Positions 24,400-38,176 are shown, counted from the first letter of the whole stretch. The stretch is 63,429 nucleotides of DNA, filler included, from Reticulomyxa filosa (GCA_000512085.1; 23 parts of 23 records of this genome joined end to end with filler, not necessarily neighbours in it); one strand, 5' to 3'. A program made the numbers and translations. The notes: a model not told the origin generated them from the letters alone.

Positions 24400-25371
24400 G
24401 GACAAGGACAAGGACAAGGATTGTCGATGTTGAATGACGAACCTAGTAGTGTGGCCAACTCCATCAATCGAAAAAAAAGAAGGAGCGTACTGTTTGCAAA
24501 CAATGACGCCCGCAACAGTCTATTGTTAGAAATCGACGAGTTGGGTCCAATGGTCGACACTGCATTCCAATATGAAGAAGGAGATATTGGCAATGACAAT
24601 GGGAACAATGGCAATGTCAGAAATGACAATAATGACAATGGTAATGATAACGACGATGGTAACCATATCACAGAACATAGCTTGAAAGAACGCGACTACG
24701 GCAATCGTGGCAATGTCGGAGACGCAGAGTTGGACATGAGTCCTTTGGCACCAATTACGACGCCAAATGGTGTCATGCCTAGCCAACACACTCACAATAA
24801 CAATCATAACCATGGGGAGTTTGAGACGAAATTTGATATTTCGACCGATCCTGTAAAAGTCAACGACGGCACGCTCGAGATAAAGATGATCTCCAAACGT
24901 GATGGGGACGCCAGAAACAGACGCTCGAGATATGATGACGCATATCAAGAGTATTTGCATTTGACGTGCACGGCCGTCAAAATCCAATATCCCAATGTCG
25001 ACGTCTCCTTGGAACAATTGATCGCAGTAGTCCGCGAAAAAGATCTGCCTTTTTATCGTGTCTACGAGTATCTGTCGCGATATATGCTAGACACGATCCA
25101 ATGGCAACAAAAGGAACAAGCCAAACTCAAACACTTGAAAGAGTCTGTCATTGCTGCTCAACAAGAACATTTATCTCAAACCAAAGCCAATCCCGTTTCT
25201 CGCTTGTGGAAATCTTTGTGGAACAACAACAACTCTAATGTCTCCACCTCTTCTAAATCAAGTCTCTCCTTCACTGCCTCTGCCAATGGAAACATCCAAA
25301 CTTTTCAAACCAAAACTGGCGGGTTTTCCTTACAATTGAATGGAGGTATCACTCAATCCAAAAAAAAATAA
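24400..25371 (+). CDS. Hypothetical protein, C-terminal exon with N/D-rich low complexity
   Basis: 316+ aa uninterrupted frame with a globular-looking segment (YQEYLHLTCTAVKIQYPNVDVSLEQL...PFYRVYEYL). Confidence 0.75.
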   Translation, partial: GQGQGQGLSMLNDEPSSVANSINRKKRRSVLFANNDARNSLLLEIDELGPMVDTAFQYEEGDIGNDNGNNGNVRNDNNDNGNDNDDGNHITEHSLKERDYGNRGNVGDAELDMSPLAPITTPNGVMPSQHTHNNNHNHGEFETKFDISTDPVKVNDGTLEIKMISKRDGDARNRRSRYDDAYQEYLHLTCTAVKIQYPNVDVSLEQLIAVVREKDLPFYRVYEYLSRYMLDTIQWQQKEQAKLKHLKESVIAAQQEHLSQTKANPVSRLWKSLWNNNNSNVSTSSKSSLSFTASANGNIQTFQTKTGGFSLQLNGGITQSKKK

Positions 25372-25677
25372 TTTATTTCAAAGTGTATCTTGTTTGTTTT
25401 TGTGTTTTTTTTTTTTTTTTTTTTTTTGAGAATGGACTTAGTGTTTTCAAATGGTCTTTTTTTCTTCTTCTTTTTTTTCTTATGAGGTTTTTGTTTGTTT
25501 TATTTTGTTTTTTCTTTTTTTGGTTTTTTTTTTTTTTTTTGGTATTTTTTGTACGCAAAATTGATCTGCATCATACTNNNNNNNNNNNNNNNNNNNNNNN
25601 NNNNNNNNNNNNNNNNNNNNNTTAATTAATTAANNNNNNNNNNNNNNNNNNNNNNNNNNNNNNNNNNNNNNNNNNNN

Positions 25678-25783
25678 CTTGCAGCGCCAGCTGGCGGCCC
25701 AGGGTTTTCAGCGCCTCGCGCTGGGCAAAGCCGTCTTGCGGTAACGGGTCTGGCAGTCGGTCCAGCAGGATCAGGGTATTCAT
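25678..25783 (-). CDS. Bacterial hypothetical protein, 5' fragment (MNTLILLDRLPDPLPQDGFAQREALKTLGRQLALQ...)
   Basis: GC3-rich open frame downstream of lrp, running off the contig end. Confidence 0.5.
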
Positions 25784-25859
25784 AACGGGCTGTTGGAGTC
25801 GGTTGTCATTGCCGGCAGCTTAGTCAGGAATGGCCGTCAAGTCACGCGGCATTACGCTT

Positions 25860-26336
25860 TCAGCTATCCAGATTCAGCAGCAGCGTTTCTTTTACTTCTT
25901 CCATCACCACATAGCTGCGCGACTCGTTGGCCTGCGGCAGCTTCAGCAGGATGTCGCCCAGAATCTTGCGGTACATCGACATGTCCGGCAGCCGCACCTT
26001 TAATAAGTAGTCGTACTCGCCGGATACCAGGTGGCACTCCTGCACGTCGGGCAGCTTCTGCACCTCACGGCGGAAGGCGTCGAAGATGTCGCCGGACTTG
26101 GCCGACAGTTTGATCTCCACGAATACCAGCAGGCTGGCGCCCAGCGCCTGCGGGTTCAGGCGCGCGTGGTAGCCCTCGATCACGCCCTCGCGTTCCAGGC
26201 GGCGTACGCGCTCGGTGCAGGGGGTGGTGGATAGGCCCACTTTTTCGGCCAGTTCGGTCATGGCGATGCGGGCGTTGGCCTGCAGTTGCTGCAGGATCTT
26301 GACGTCTACTTTGTCCAGCTGGCGCATTCTGTCCAT
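25860..26336 (-). CDS. lrp: Lrp/AsnC family transcriptional regulator (bacterial)
   Basis: LDKVDVKILQQLQANARIAMTELAEKVGLSTTPCTERVRRLE HTH and CHLVSGEYDYLLK...SRSYVVMEEVK effector domain. No introns, high GC. Confidence 0.95.
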   Translation of the reverse strand: MDRMRQLDKVDVKILQQLQANARIAMTELAEKVGLSTTPCTERVRRLEREGVIEGYHARLNPQALGASLLVFVEIKLSAKSGDIFDAFRREVQKLPDVQECHLVSGEYDYLLKVRLPDMSMYRKILGDILLKLPQANESRSYVVMEEVKETLLLNLDS

Positions 26337-26529
26337 TGTGCGTTGCGGTTTCACTGTTTTGGCCTTTTTTTGCAGTGATATGCACTGCGCTGTTATTAAA
26401 TATAAGTGAAAAAAACTGCGTTTTAATCAATATACTACGCAAATTCACTGAGCGGTAATAGCCGCCGATTGCACACACGACAGGACAGCCCGCGCTGTCC
26501 TGTTTCAACAGGGTAGCCTGGAGGTAAAC
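26337..26529. promoter_or_regulatory. Divergent lrp/dadA promoter region with Shine-Dalgarno GGAGG (26520-26524)
   Basis: AT-rich intergenic stretch between divergent genes. GGAGG lies 5 nt before the dadA ATG. Lrp control of dadA is established in proteobacteria. Confidence 0.7.
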
Positions 26530-26757
26530 ATGAAAGTCATCGTTCTTGGTGGTGGGGTCATCGGTATTTCCACTGCATGGTATCTGGCCAAAGCCGGCGT
26601 CGACGTTACCGTGGTGGAACGTCAGCCCGGCCCGGCGCTGGAAACCAGCTTTGCCAATGCCGGCCAGATCTCCCCGGGCTATGCGGCGCCGTGGGCGGCG
26701 CCCGGCATCCCGGCCAAGGCGGTGAAGTGGCTGTTCCAGAAGCATGCCCCGCTGGCC
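26530..26757 (+). CDS. dadA: D-amino acid dehydrogenase small subunit, 5' fragment (bacterial)
   Basis: [15 protein letters not shown]-binding motif and [24 protein letters not shown] signature. Confidence 0.95.
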
Positions 26758-26857
26758 NNNNNNNNNNNNNNNNNNNNNNNNNNNNNNNNNNNNNNNNNNN
26801 NTTAATTAATTAANNNNNNNNNNNNNNNNNNNNNNNNNNNNNNNNNNNNNNNNNNNN

Positions 26858-27530
26858 ATGAAGAAACTGTAAATTGGTTTTACGTTTCAAATAATGGCTG
26901 CACAGTGCAATTATACTCAAAATATAAAGATAGGACCCCGCACTAGATAAAACATGCCAACATGCATACAATTGCAATGATTGCACTTTCGCAAAATGCG
27001 TTTTCGATACACCACAATGCAAATCCACATCAATATTTAATACACGCATATTTGAAAAGCTTCATGGACAAAAATGAAGGACATGTTTTGTCCATGGCAC
27101 TTTGGATAGTCGAAACCGAGTATAATAATAAGACGATCAAGAGACATCCATAACTAATGAAAAACACTGCATACCATTTCAATACAATGTAAATTACGCA
27201 TTAAACACATCCCGACACACAAAACAGGACAATCCAAATACGTTCTTTCCACTTTTCAGATTGACTCATTGTTGGTGATGCCTTGCAACAAGTTTGTACT
27301 CGAAATTGTATGTTATTTTCATAAATGGTTCATCCCTTTGTGCAAACTAAAACAGACCAAATCAAATCAAATAAAAACAAGGGATTTTGGAAATTGTGGA
27401 AGCAAATTGGTGGTGAAGTGCACTTTCTGGAACGTCTGTCATCGAATATGCAATTGCTGCTTTTGCGTGATATGGTTGAACTCCATACCCAGCATGACAA
27501 ATGTCCTATACGCCACACATAGTACAAACA
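26858..27530 (-). pseudogene. Alkaline ceramidase (CREST family)-like pseudogene
   Basis: GFALWCIENAFC then, after a frameshift, LQLYACWHVLSSAGSY resembles the W-x-x-D/E-N-x-F-C...H-A-x-W-H-x-L motif. In-frame stops are present. Confidence 0.55.
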
Positions 27531-30500
27531 TATTGTAGGATCGGCTTTATTTTTATGTATGATGAAAAAAAAAAGATAGCGGCATAAGTTGGATAATAGA
27601 ATAAGGAGACATTGAAGTGAATTCAGTGGAAATAAGTCAAGAAATGTCCGCAATCGTCGTTACTGTTTTATGCGAAGCGCTTTCTTCGGACAGTTTTGAG
27701 ACTTAGGAAAAACACACCAAAGTACTTGTCACAAGCAAAGGGGAGGAAGGATAATTGACACAATATAACCAAAATGCTAAATAAAATTAAATAAACAAAG
27801 GACAGTATAATAATCACAAAAAGTGGCAAAAGTGCCAGAATTACTTTGTGGCGTGAAACTGAGTCGTCGGGCATTGCACAAGTATTAAAGTCATTAGCTC
27901 TTCACTTATCCATTTCAGTCTTTGTTCATCATATTACGACAGAACTGGTGTGCTTTTTTATAACTTATTATTATTATTATTATTACTATCATTAGTACTA
28001 TTATTGTCAGTGTATAGCAAAATAACATGGAAATTCATACCATACATCCACAACAATCAAAACATAGGCGGATCATTTGATTGGTGGAAGTGTCAACCCT
28101 TGGATATTTCGACATTCAGGAAATTCAAAAATAGCAGAAATTTTGAAACGATTGACATGATCGATTGGATCAAGTTTGAAGTTTAAATTTCACTTCATTT
28201 CAAAAAAAAATGTTCGATAATGTTTTTTTTTTTGTAAGTATTTTTTTTTTTTGACCGCCAAAAAAAATAATACACAAGCATATACACATATATATTATAA
28301 GAACACACATACACACATACATTTTGAAATGTGAATAGAAAGAATGTTTTGAGAACTGTGGAGGGATCAGGTCAAACGCCATTGAAACACCGAATATAAC
28401 AATAATGTTACAGTAATCACCTTTCGTTGGTAGAAAGCAACCCAAGTGGCGCAATGACCAGTACCACCAATACGAATAACAATAATAATAATAGCAACAA
28501 TAATAACAACACAACGCACATAAAAGTTGGTATCTCAAGTTCAATGGGGTAGGAAGACTAGATTCGAGTTTAGAAAACAAATTAACGCCAGACTTGAAAC
28601 AAAGTCTTGATAGTGAGGTATGATGTAATGAGATTATATTCAACTTTTAAGAAAACCCAACTTCAATAAAAAGGAGCTCGTTTGTTTTCCATAAGACAAC
28701 TTGTTGCATTTTATTACACAGCATATAAAAATCTTATGGGAAAAACTAACAAGTTTTTATTTTTTTTGAAAAACAACATAACTTATAAAATAAAAGAAGT
28801 TGTAAAATTTCAAAAAAAAAGTGTTATGCATATAAGATGCATTTGGTATGTATATTTACTTTGTTCCTGCAGACTAACAATTAGACTAGATTTAAAAAAA
28901 TAATAAGAAATATACTTGCCTTGGGAAATCATTTTTTACAAGTCTGCAGTTCTATACTCAATTTTGAAATATGATGAAAGATTACCTTTTTTTATTTGAT
29001 TTAATGAATTTTTATTTTTTTGCATAATAATAAAACAACGGTTTATATGCAATGTAACGCAACGATATGTGTCTGACATTTATTGGGACAATTTGGAATG
29101 AGGGATCTGCTTTCGACATTGTTTGCGCGTGTTTGTCGACCCGCAACACTGATAACGTGGCTATTTCACGTTCTTCAAAACACGGGGGAAAAAAAGGCCT
29201 TTTTGATCACTCAACATATATCAGTCAAGCTACGCTTACTTCTCTTACAAATGCCAAACCAAAAAAGTCCTGTTCAAATTATATAGTCACAATGTTTGTT
29301 TTTTTTACAAAGTATCATTATAATAATATAATAACTACATACATTTTCTATTTTTATTAGCATCCAAAAAAACCCGGGCTTGCATTAAAAAAGATACAAT
29401 ATCAAATTTGTGGTCTTTACATCCATAACATCGGAACACAATTAGCATTTACTGATAATGTGATTGAAGATTGATATCTTTTGGCTGGATGAAAATAAAA
29501 ATAAAGAGTGTTGGACGTTGACAATAGTGTAAAATGTGTGATTATTTGCTTACAATTGATGGCATCATTGTGTGAGTACACTTTTTTTTTTTCCTCAAAA
29601 GGCATACACACAACGGCTATCATCACAATCTTACATAATTCCGGTAATAACTTATATACATATATAATTTTTTTTTAATGATTCTTTTTTTTCTCATTCA
29701 ATAATATCTATCTTTATCCTTTTTGAGGAACTGTGAAACGTTAATATTGGATTGGTTGTACTTATTTGACCATGCTATATGGCATTTGCATTTGGCATCT
29801 GGATATTTGACGTTTTGGCATTTGTAATAAAGTAACTTCCAAAATGATCGCTTCAATATTGCCTTTATTTTTTCAAAAAAAGGGTATGTAAATATACATA
29901 TATATATATATATATATATAATAATAGTAATTATATTTTTTGTAAGTAGAAAATACACTTGGAAAAATGATAGTGATACACGTATATCCAAATACAATGC
30001 CTTGATTTATCTTTCATGACATATGCACAATCATTTTGTTGTTCGTTGTTACGTATTCTGACAAAGTAATCTACGATCAACGATTGGGACTATAATAATT
30101 CAATGTCTTGGTATTAGTATTACAAATTCATTTTTTTGAATACATCCCCTTTGGAAAGTGATAACAACAATAATAAACTCATTTATTGTATTTGTGATAA
30201 TGCTGTAATGAGTCAATGTCCACATAAGCTTCGAGAAGTTGACTGTGCGTAGTGACATTCGGTATGAAGAGTTGATCTTTGTTGTTTGTTACCTACACAT
30301 ATACAAACGTATAACAGTATTCAACCAACATGTTATGTATCCAACATTGTCGAATGGTATAGTATCGATTGTTGTGCAATACACATGTTTCAATAACTTG
30401 TACAACAACTTTATCTAATTTTTTCTTTTTATTATGTCCATCGTTGATTCTTCTTTTTTTTTATTTTATTTTAGAAAGAATTTGAACAAAGAATTCAAGT

Positions 30501-32265
30501 AATTATGAAAGTAGCAAGAAACTGTGTTTGATTAAGAAGAGCAATCGCAAAGTCTGTCAGCAATATCATGCACATTTGTACAAATTTCATCCTCTTCTTT
30601 CGAGCTATCGGGGCTTCAAACGGCTATACTGTTGGAACATCAAGTCGTTGTTGGGGAGAAGTAACAACGTTTGCCCATTGTTCCACTATTCGGATTTGTA
30701 AATATTTTATTCTTACATATACTTATATATATATGTATATGTTATACAATTGTATATATATGATATTGTAACTTGAAATTGAGCTAGTACCTTTGAGGCT
30801 ACAACAATGGACAAAGTCCTTGAAAACTTCCAAATTTGTGATTTGAGTGGATTGGCGGTGTTGTGATGATGCTAGAGCGAGGAGAACACATGATGGGGTT
30901 GAAAACGGTACTGTGCGAATATGTCGACAACATATTCGACAGTGTTGCCAAAGGAATTTCGAGCCACTATTTTGTAGTTATTCACAGCATTGCATCCTCC
31001 GACGATCCGTTCTAATACCGGCCCATTGCTGCTGCTATTGATAGCATTGTTGTGTTTGGATATACGTTTGCAAGAAGGAATGGCAGTGACATAGAACGTG
31101 CGATAAAGTAGATATGGCCGCGCAATGTCGATTAGGTACGTGCATATTCGAAAATTCCTGGTGATATGTCCGTCATATGCCTTTTCACTCATCCGCCACA
31201 AATCATTGAACCCATCTTTGATTCCTCCCATTGCATCTGTTCTGGACCCTTTTCGTCTGATGCTGTCTATATCTTCAATGCCAGCGCCGTTCACACCGGC
31301 CTTGTGGATAGATGATTATTGTTATGATGATGATAATTATTATGAGGATATCTTCGTCGCATTGCATCTCGATACGCTTCTGCACTAGCAGTACCCTGAC
31401 TTCGATGAATATCGAACCACGGACATCTATGCGGATGAGCATTAGCATTAGTATCAGTATTGATATTGGTATTTGTATTGGTATGTGAAGAAGGAAGATG
31501 AGTAGAGTTTCCTTGCTGTGGATGACCGTACTGCTACAATCACTACCACCACAGTCATGTTCATTCACGCCAGATGAAGCAGGCAATTGAATTGATATGT
31601 TTGTTGCAAATTATTATGTCAGTCTTTTTTTTTTTTTCTCCTTTTACTTGCTGGACATAATTGTTATGTTACTTTTTTTTCTTACAACAATTTTACTTTC
31701 AAATGTTTTCGTAATCAAAAGATAGATTATTGAAAGAATTTTTCATTTTTGTAACTTAAAAATGCTTTTGATCATTTATTTGGAAAGTTATTATGATTGA
31801 TGACAAATTTATTAATTTGCAATTTGAATTATTTTATGACTATCCTTGAAATATGTAATGTTTCTTGAATGTATTAGGACGCAGAAATAGAAACAATAAC
31901 ATGAAAGGATGATTTCACAAAATATATTTTTTGTTCTTTTTATCATGTTCATTCTAAACTTGTTTGTGATAAAATGAATATATAATCTTATCAGTTCCGA
32001 AATACAAAATATTATGAGGAAAACATTTTGGATAATAATTGAACAAATATTAATTCGATTTTGGCCTTCTTTTATCGTGTTTATTCATTAAATACTCAAA
32101 CTAACTTTTTTGGAGTCGATCAAATTAATGCAGAGTTTTTTTGGAATTACTCCAATTAAATCANNNNNNNNNNNNNNNNNNNNNNNNNNNNNNNNNNNNN
32201 NNNNNNNTTAATTAATTAANNNNNNNNNNNNNNNNNNNNNNNNNNNNNNNNNNNNNNNNNNNNAC

Positions 32266-32772
32266 AATGACAATGACAATGACGATGACAATGACGATGA
32301 TAATAGTAATGCCAATGATAACAGCAGTGGTTTCAATATTCGTTACAATAAGGACGATGCACCAAGCAGTAAGGTCCGTGCCGATGTCAATATCACAATC
32401 AATACCCATGCCAAAGGGAACAAAGCCTTACACTCAAAATCTAATCTCCATTCGAGTTCTAATTCCGTCCTTGATCCAAATATTAACTCCGCTTCTCACG
32501 TTGCTCAACATATACAATTCTCTTTGGTGGACAATAAAAAGTTAGACAAAGGACATGCGAAAGAAGAACAAAGGGTTATGAAGATCAAATCGTCACAATT
32601 GGTAACCAGATCGGTCGAATCCAGAACGGCTTATTATAAACAGCTCTTTGACTTGTGCGAAAAAGTTATGCGAGAATGCTACTTTCTAATGGCAGATACG
32701 TTTTCAAGGTTTGATATCGAAGAAATGCGAAAATATCAACCTAAAGCTTATATTGAAAATAACAAAATTTAA
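32266..32772 (+). CDS. C-terminal exon of an RGS-like domain protein
   Basis: Frame is open from the contig start. LFDLCEKVMRECYFLMADTFSRF resembles the RGS C-terminal F-D...L-M-x-D-S-x-x-R-F motif. Confidence 0.5.
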   Translation, partial: NDNDNDDDNDDDNSNANDNSSGFNIRYNKDDAPSSKVRADVNITINTHAKGNKALHSKSNLHSSSNSVLDPNINSASHVAQHIQFSLVDNKKLDKGHAKEEQRVMKIKSSQLVTRSVESRTAYYKQLFDLCEKVMRECYFLMADTFSRFDIEEMRKYQPKAYIENNKI

Positions 32773-33953
32773 AACTTAAATATTTTTTATCCAATCAAAT
32801 AGCATTTATTTTTTAAAAAACATCAAAAAAAAAAAAAAAAAAAACAAACACAAAAAAACAAATAATAAAAATTTCAATTTTAATTTATTTTATTTATTTT
32901 TCCGATTATTCGCTGCGAATCAAATTGGGAACAGTCTGCTTACTCGCTATTGTGAGTGCCTTATTCCTATCATTCTCTGTCCAATACTTTTTCCTTCTTT
33001 TTTTCTCTCACTTTCCCCCTCTTTTGTGGTGTAAATTACATCGAATTTACTAATTGCTTTGTCTTCTTTTGTGTCCAAGGTGCCTGGTGTTGTATTTTAC
33101 CTAGCCTTTTTTGTTTATTTTTTTTTGAGTGTAGCAGTTTAAGACAACTTTTTTCGAAGAAATTCGATTAACATAAGAAAACTTGAGGTTTCAATTCCTT
33201 TCGATTAAACCAATCTGTTCATTTGTTGAATTTGATTTCTATGTTTATTGTTATCTACGGACAACAATCGAACTCTCCTTCTAGTGCCCTAATGTAGTAT
33301 ACGCGATCATGAAAGATCCGATTCTTCAACATATGTCCTTTTAATCTTTAACTACTTCACAAAAAAATTAGTTCTTTTTGTTCATTGACATCGTCCGAAA
33401 GATGGGACATAAAATTGTAAAAAGAGCAAAAACAAAAAAGATTAAACTATGTTCAAGGACTGTAATCACCAACAAACTTGAAAATTGTTTTTGGAATTTG
33501 ATCAAAAAGAAAAAATTATTCAACGTGTTGCGAATCATGAAAATTAGCAATACAATTCTTCACATGTAAAGTTCTTATATTTCAACTCATATCCTTCCAA
33601 AAAGGCAAAATTAAAAATTTTAAATACAATTACCGAAACTAAACAATATGATATTATCTAATAAGTACACTACATTGTCTGATCAGTACACCACATTGGT
33701 TGGATTTCTTAACTGACAACTGATTACCTAAAGCAAATTTTGTTTGTATGCTACAGCTAGATCAGCAAATGTAAAGTTTATATTTGTGCGAATATACACT
33801 TTTAATACTTTGTTGTTTTTTAAGTCGAGTGTCGGACGTTGTAGATTTTTTTATTTGTTATTTTGCTTGTTATTAAGGATTGGTACGTTGATCTCTTCCA
33901 TTTTAAAAAAATTTCATCATATTTTGAATAATTCTTTCTCGTTGTTGTAGAAA

Positions 33954-35184
33954 ATGAGTGAATCACACGGGTCGGACGAACTCTTGACTGTACTTGCAGA
34001 CAAAAAGGAAGAGCAACCCCTCGAGCAGAGGATTGACTCAGCAAAAACAAGTAGCTACTACCTCTTCTGTCAAACCAACAAAATTGCAATAAACTAATGA
34101 AAGAAAAAAAGGAAAACACTGTACAAAAACAATTTATTTTTTTTGACAACAAAGACAAAGATAAAGATGAAAGCCGTTTTCCGACTGACACAAGCAACAA
34201 ATCCGAGGAACAACATTCTGAAGATAAACAAAGCAATGACGACAATGCATTGCGCGTTTGTGAGGGGTGTAGTCTTCGCATTGAGTTAAATCAGCACAGT
34301 ATTCTCGCAAACAAAAACAAAAAAAAAAAAAAAAAAAAAAAAAGTAGTATAAATAAGCATATTTTTAATACGATTTCGATTGTAAAAGTTTTGTTTTGCG
34401 TTGACTGCAACAACTCAGTCCATCATGTCGCAAATTCAGCTACAAAGCGTTGACCACTCGACTGAAAGAGTGCAAGTTAGTATCGATCAATCGCATAGCG
34501 CAACTGAAAGACACTCCAAGAGTAAAAGACGGAGGCTTTGCAGTTGTTGGAGTGATCGGATTGAAATCTCTTCGGGCATCAGTTTTGAACTTATTATATA
34601 TTATTATATATTATTATTACTATTTTACAAGGAGGGTAATGAGTAAAGAAACAAATTGATGACAAAGCAAAATATGTTACACATGTTTACTGTTTGTGGG
34701 GGGGGGGGGAAACGAACATGCGAATGTTTGATCTAGAGCACTGGCAACAAATACCTGCTGTTGACAGTACACGACTTGCGTGAATCTAGCGTTGCTTGCT
34801 TTGTATTCGACGACAAGATTATCAGCCAACTGCACAACCTCGTGGAGAGTGATATTGTTGCCATTGTTGGAGCCAAGATTTTAGACTCCAAAGACGTTAG
34901 AGTCTTTATTGCTTTTATTTGTGTACTTTTTTTGTATTCATTTGCGCAGGTTTAACAGTGATTAATTTAAAAGAGAAAAAAAAAAAATTATTATGTATAC
35001 GTATAAACAATACAAAAATAAAATGGGGTTTTTTTTTTTTTTTTTTTTTTCTTAAATAGCGAGACGACATTGCCTTGTGTATCAATGATGACAATCAAAT
35101 ATTAATTGCTGGCACAGCAATGGATTTCGGTCGCTGCAAAAAAGTCAAAAAAGATTTGACTCAGTGCAATAATATTATCAACAA
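33954..35184 (+). CDS. MCM10: DNA replication factor MCM10 (OB-fold and start of CCCH zinc finger), multi-exon, partial
   Basis: CEGCSLRI, FAVVGVI, GNKYLLLTVHDL...VACFVF...DIVAIVGA and ILIAGTAMDFGRCKKVKKDLTQCNNIIN follow the order of MCM10 internal-domain motifs. Confidence 0.8.
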
Positions 35185-35649
35185 GTTTGTTAGAGTATAT
35201 ATGAAAACAAAAAAAAAAAAAAAAAAAAAAANNNNNNNNNNNNNNNNNNNNNNNNNNNNNNNNNNNNNNNNNNNNTTAATTAATTAANNNNNNNNNNNNN
35301 NNNNNNNNNNNNNNNNNNNNNNNNNNNNNNNAAGAATAAGTGAAAGAAAAAAAAAAAAGAATAAGAATAAAAAAGGAAAAAAAAGAACAAATAAGAAAGA
35401 AATTAATTAAAATTTTGATTTTTTTAATGTATGTTTTATGTGGGAGCTATGACTCCAAAAACGAATATTAGTTAAGTAATATTTTTTTTATGTGTTTCCT
35501 TGAAAAAAAATTATACCTGAGTTGACAGTTAAGTTGTTGCATGTTACCATAGAAATATTGGTTGTTGTTTTTTTGGTTGGGTGCTGGTCCATTGTCGTCG
35601 TGATGAAGTTTGTGCTGTCTTGCAGTTCGCGTGTCATTGTCGTCTGATA

Positions 35650-37500
35650 CAAATGAGCAAATCAACTAGCAACAACTGCACCAGCAATCAATATCGAATT
35701 CGTCAACTTAAATCCAGCAGTATATGCATCAATGTTCCTGACAAGATTTCCGACAATACATCTCACAGATACTAGCACCATTTGTAAGATTATCGAGAAA
35801 GAAAAGATCAAGCCTTTTGCAAAATTGTTGCTGGTTTGATGATCGATATCATCAAAAGTAAGCTGCAAGTCAATGAGAGAATGATCTAAGCAGAGGACAT
35901 AGATTGGATGAGTCTGTTCAACATATGCTAATTGACAGAATTCATACACAATTGAAGATTATATCTGCCAAAGTATATACGCTCAAGTAGACTGCATTAT
36001 GGACGTAATATAATGATCATAACACAGCCAATAGCGTCATAATTTTTTTACCAGTATACGTCCAATCCAACTGATATTCCATGGGCTTCGCCTCCCGTTT
36101 TTTATTAGAACCTGATCAATACAGTTTGTATGTGTGTACCTGCGGTTTCATACTACGTTATGCAAAATCCCACTAACAATATCATCTCCGACAAACTCTC
36201 CAGCTCCACAGCATACAAACGTTTCCTAAAATCAATCAAGACACCACAAGCCAGCACGGATTAGTATACAGCAGCATACCTCCCAGTTTCATTGGTCCAA
36301 GTATTAGTCTAAATACTTCTTTTATTGAAGAAAAATAACAATCCAAATAGCAAATTGCATTTCCATGCTCTTGCAATCATCGACTTGCAGTTCTATTACG
36401 TCCATAATTACTGATAGAATATGAACACTGGTTGGCCATACTTCAATTTGCAACGACGCAGGATCTCAATTGTTGAATCATTGGAACATCTTCACAAATT
36501 GAACATTGCGTCCAAGGTGTCATATCGAAACGCGAATGGGTAATACTCACTCCAATCAAGTAATCCCCTAGCCAAAAGAGAAGATCAATTGCATAACAAA
36601 AGTGGCTGCAGTTATTGTTGACACAAATGAAAAAGCTAGTCATGTCCATATAACCAATCAAAATGAATTCGAGCACTTCCTCTTTCCGCAACATTATCGA
36701 TCCCTTCCACAATAAACTTCAATTGGTGTGTTATTATTGATCTGTGCTGCAGATTGAAGCAATCCAAAAGATTTATATGCTAAGAATTATGTTCACATGA
36801 AACATTGTAAGTGAAAGCGCTAGGAATTATCAACAAGTCGCCCAAAGCAGCGTCAGCATATAATACGCACCATATTTGCAGACTATCTTGGTTGTTGCGT
36901 GCAAGCACTGAATTCTTGGATGTGTGAAAAGCATCAGATAGTATGGCGCTATTGTATATACTTGAGTTGTGAAATTATCTTCAATAACAGCGCTATTCAT
37001 TGTTTCTGCTGCCCAAATTATCTCATCTCCAAATTGTATTGCCAGTCAAACATGATTGTACTAACATGGCAATTCATTGCTATGTCGTCGGATAGAGTAT
37101 TATTAGAAGAAGGCATTGCAAGTGAGAATATTTTGAACACAGTTGGCAATGCAATGTACAATTTTATCTTTACAAACAAATAAGATGGAGATCAAGCTAG
37201 ACAATCTTGGAAATTGCTCAACGAATTGATCAAGTATTATCTGAGGAACAAGCCACAATCACATCGCTGATCATAAATATAATCGTATTACGAGTCGCCA
37301 ACAAAGATGAAGGAAACAATGTGAATTAATATATCCGTCGCAATACTGACATTATCCAGCCAGTATTCTCGGAATACCGCAATTGCCACTCAAAAACAAG
37401 TTGCTTCATGGTTAGGTCCACACATCAACACACGCAACCCAAGCAAGAAGACAAAAAAGCACGAACGTCGACGTGAAGAATGGCAATCACTTTTTAAAGG
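35650..37500 (+). pseudogene. Long degenerate coding-like region, family unassigned
   Basis: Higher GC than introns, no homopolymer runs, and short protein-like fragments broken by stops in all frames. Confidence 0.3.
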
Positions 37501-38176
37501 TTGGTGTGAATACATATTGTTTGTACAAATTTTCAGTTGTTGTAATACGCATCAATCAAGGCAATGTAAACATATGTCCCTTTATTGTAAAGTGCTTTAG
37601 TTTTGGTTTGGAGTGAGAGAAGGATGAAGAGGAGATTAATGGAAAGAAAAAAGAAAAAAAAAAAAATGAAGAAAGAGTAAATACAAAAATGCAGATCAAC
37701 AATTTTAGGACCGTATCGACTACTTCAAACAGTATGACAAGTGGCAATGGATCGTGTGTAAAAGGGACGACGATGACAATGTACTAGTGCAAGAAGCAAG
37801 GCGTGTCCACGTCCATATAGAGAAAGTGGATAAAAAAAGATCGACACAATATATCACTGGGAGATTATAAATGACATGCACGTAAACGAAGCACAAGTGA
37901 AAATGGAGTGTTGTGTGTTCTGTAATCACAACAAATAACATTCGGCTCGAATACTATACATTCACTCCAGTTATGATTTGCATCATTTACCCAAGCACCC
38001 GTGGTTGCATGTTATATTTATTTGCAACTATGTTGTATGTGATTTCCAATGCCACACACATCAGAGATGCAAATTGNNNNNNNNNNNNNNNNNNNNNNNN
38101 NNNNNNNNNNNNNNNNNNNNTTAATTAATTAANNNNNNNNNNNNNNNNNNNNNNNNNNNNNNNNNNNNNNNNNNNN

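Noticed and set aside
25678-26757. Horizontal transfer of lrp-dadA into the host
   Set aside because: The contig is entirely bacterial. Neighbours are joined only by artificial linkers.
36985-37030. hAT transposase CxxH motif (AIHCFCCP)
   Set aside because: The second His is missing, and no other hAT motifs or TIRs were seen.
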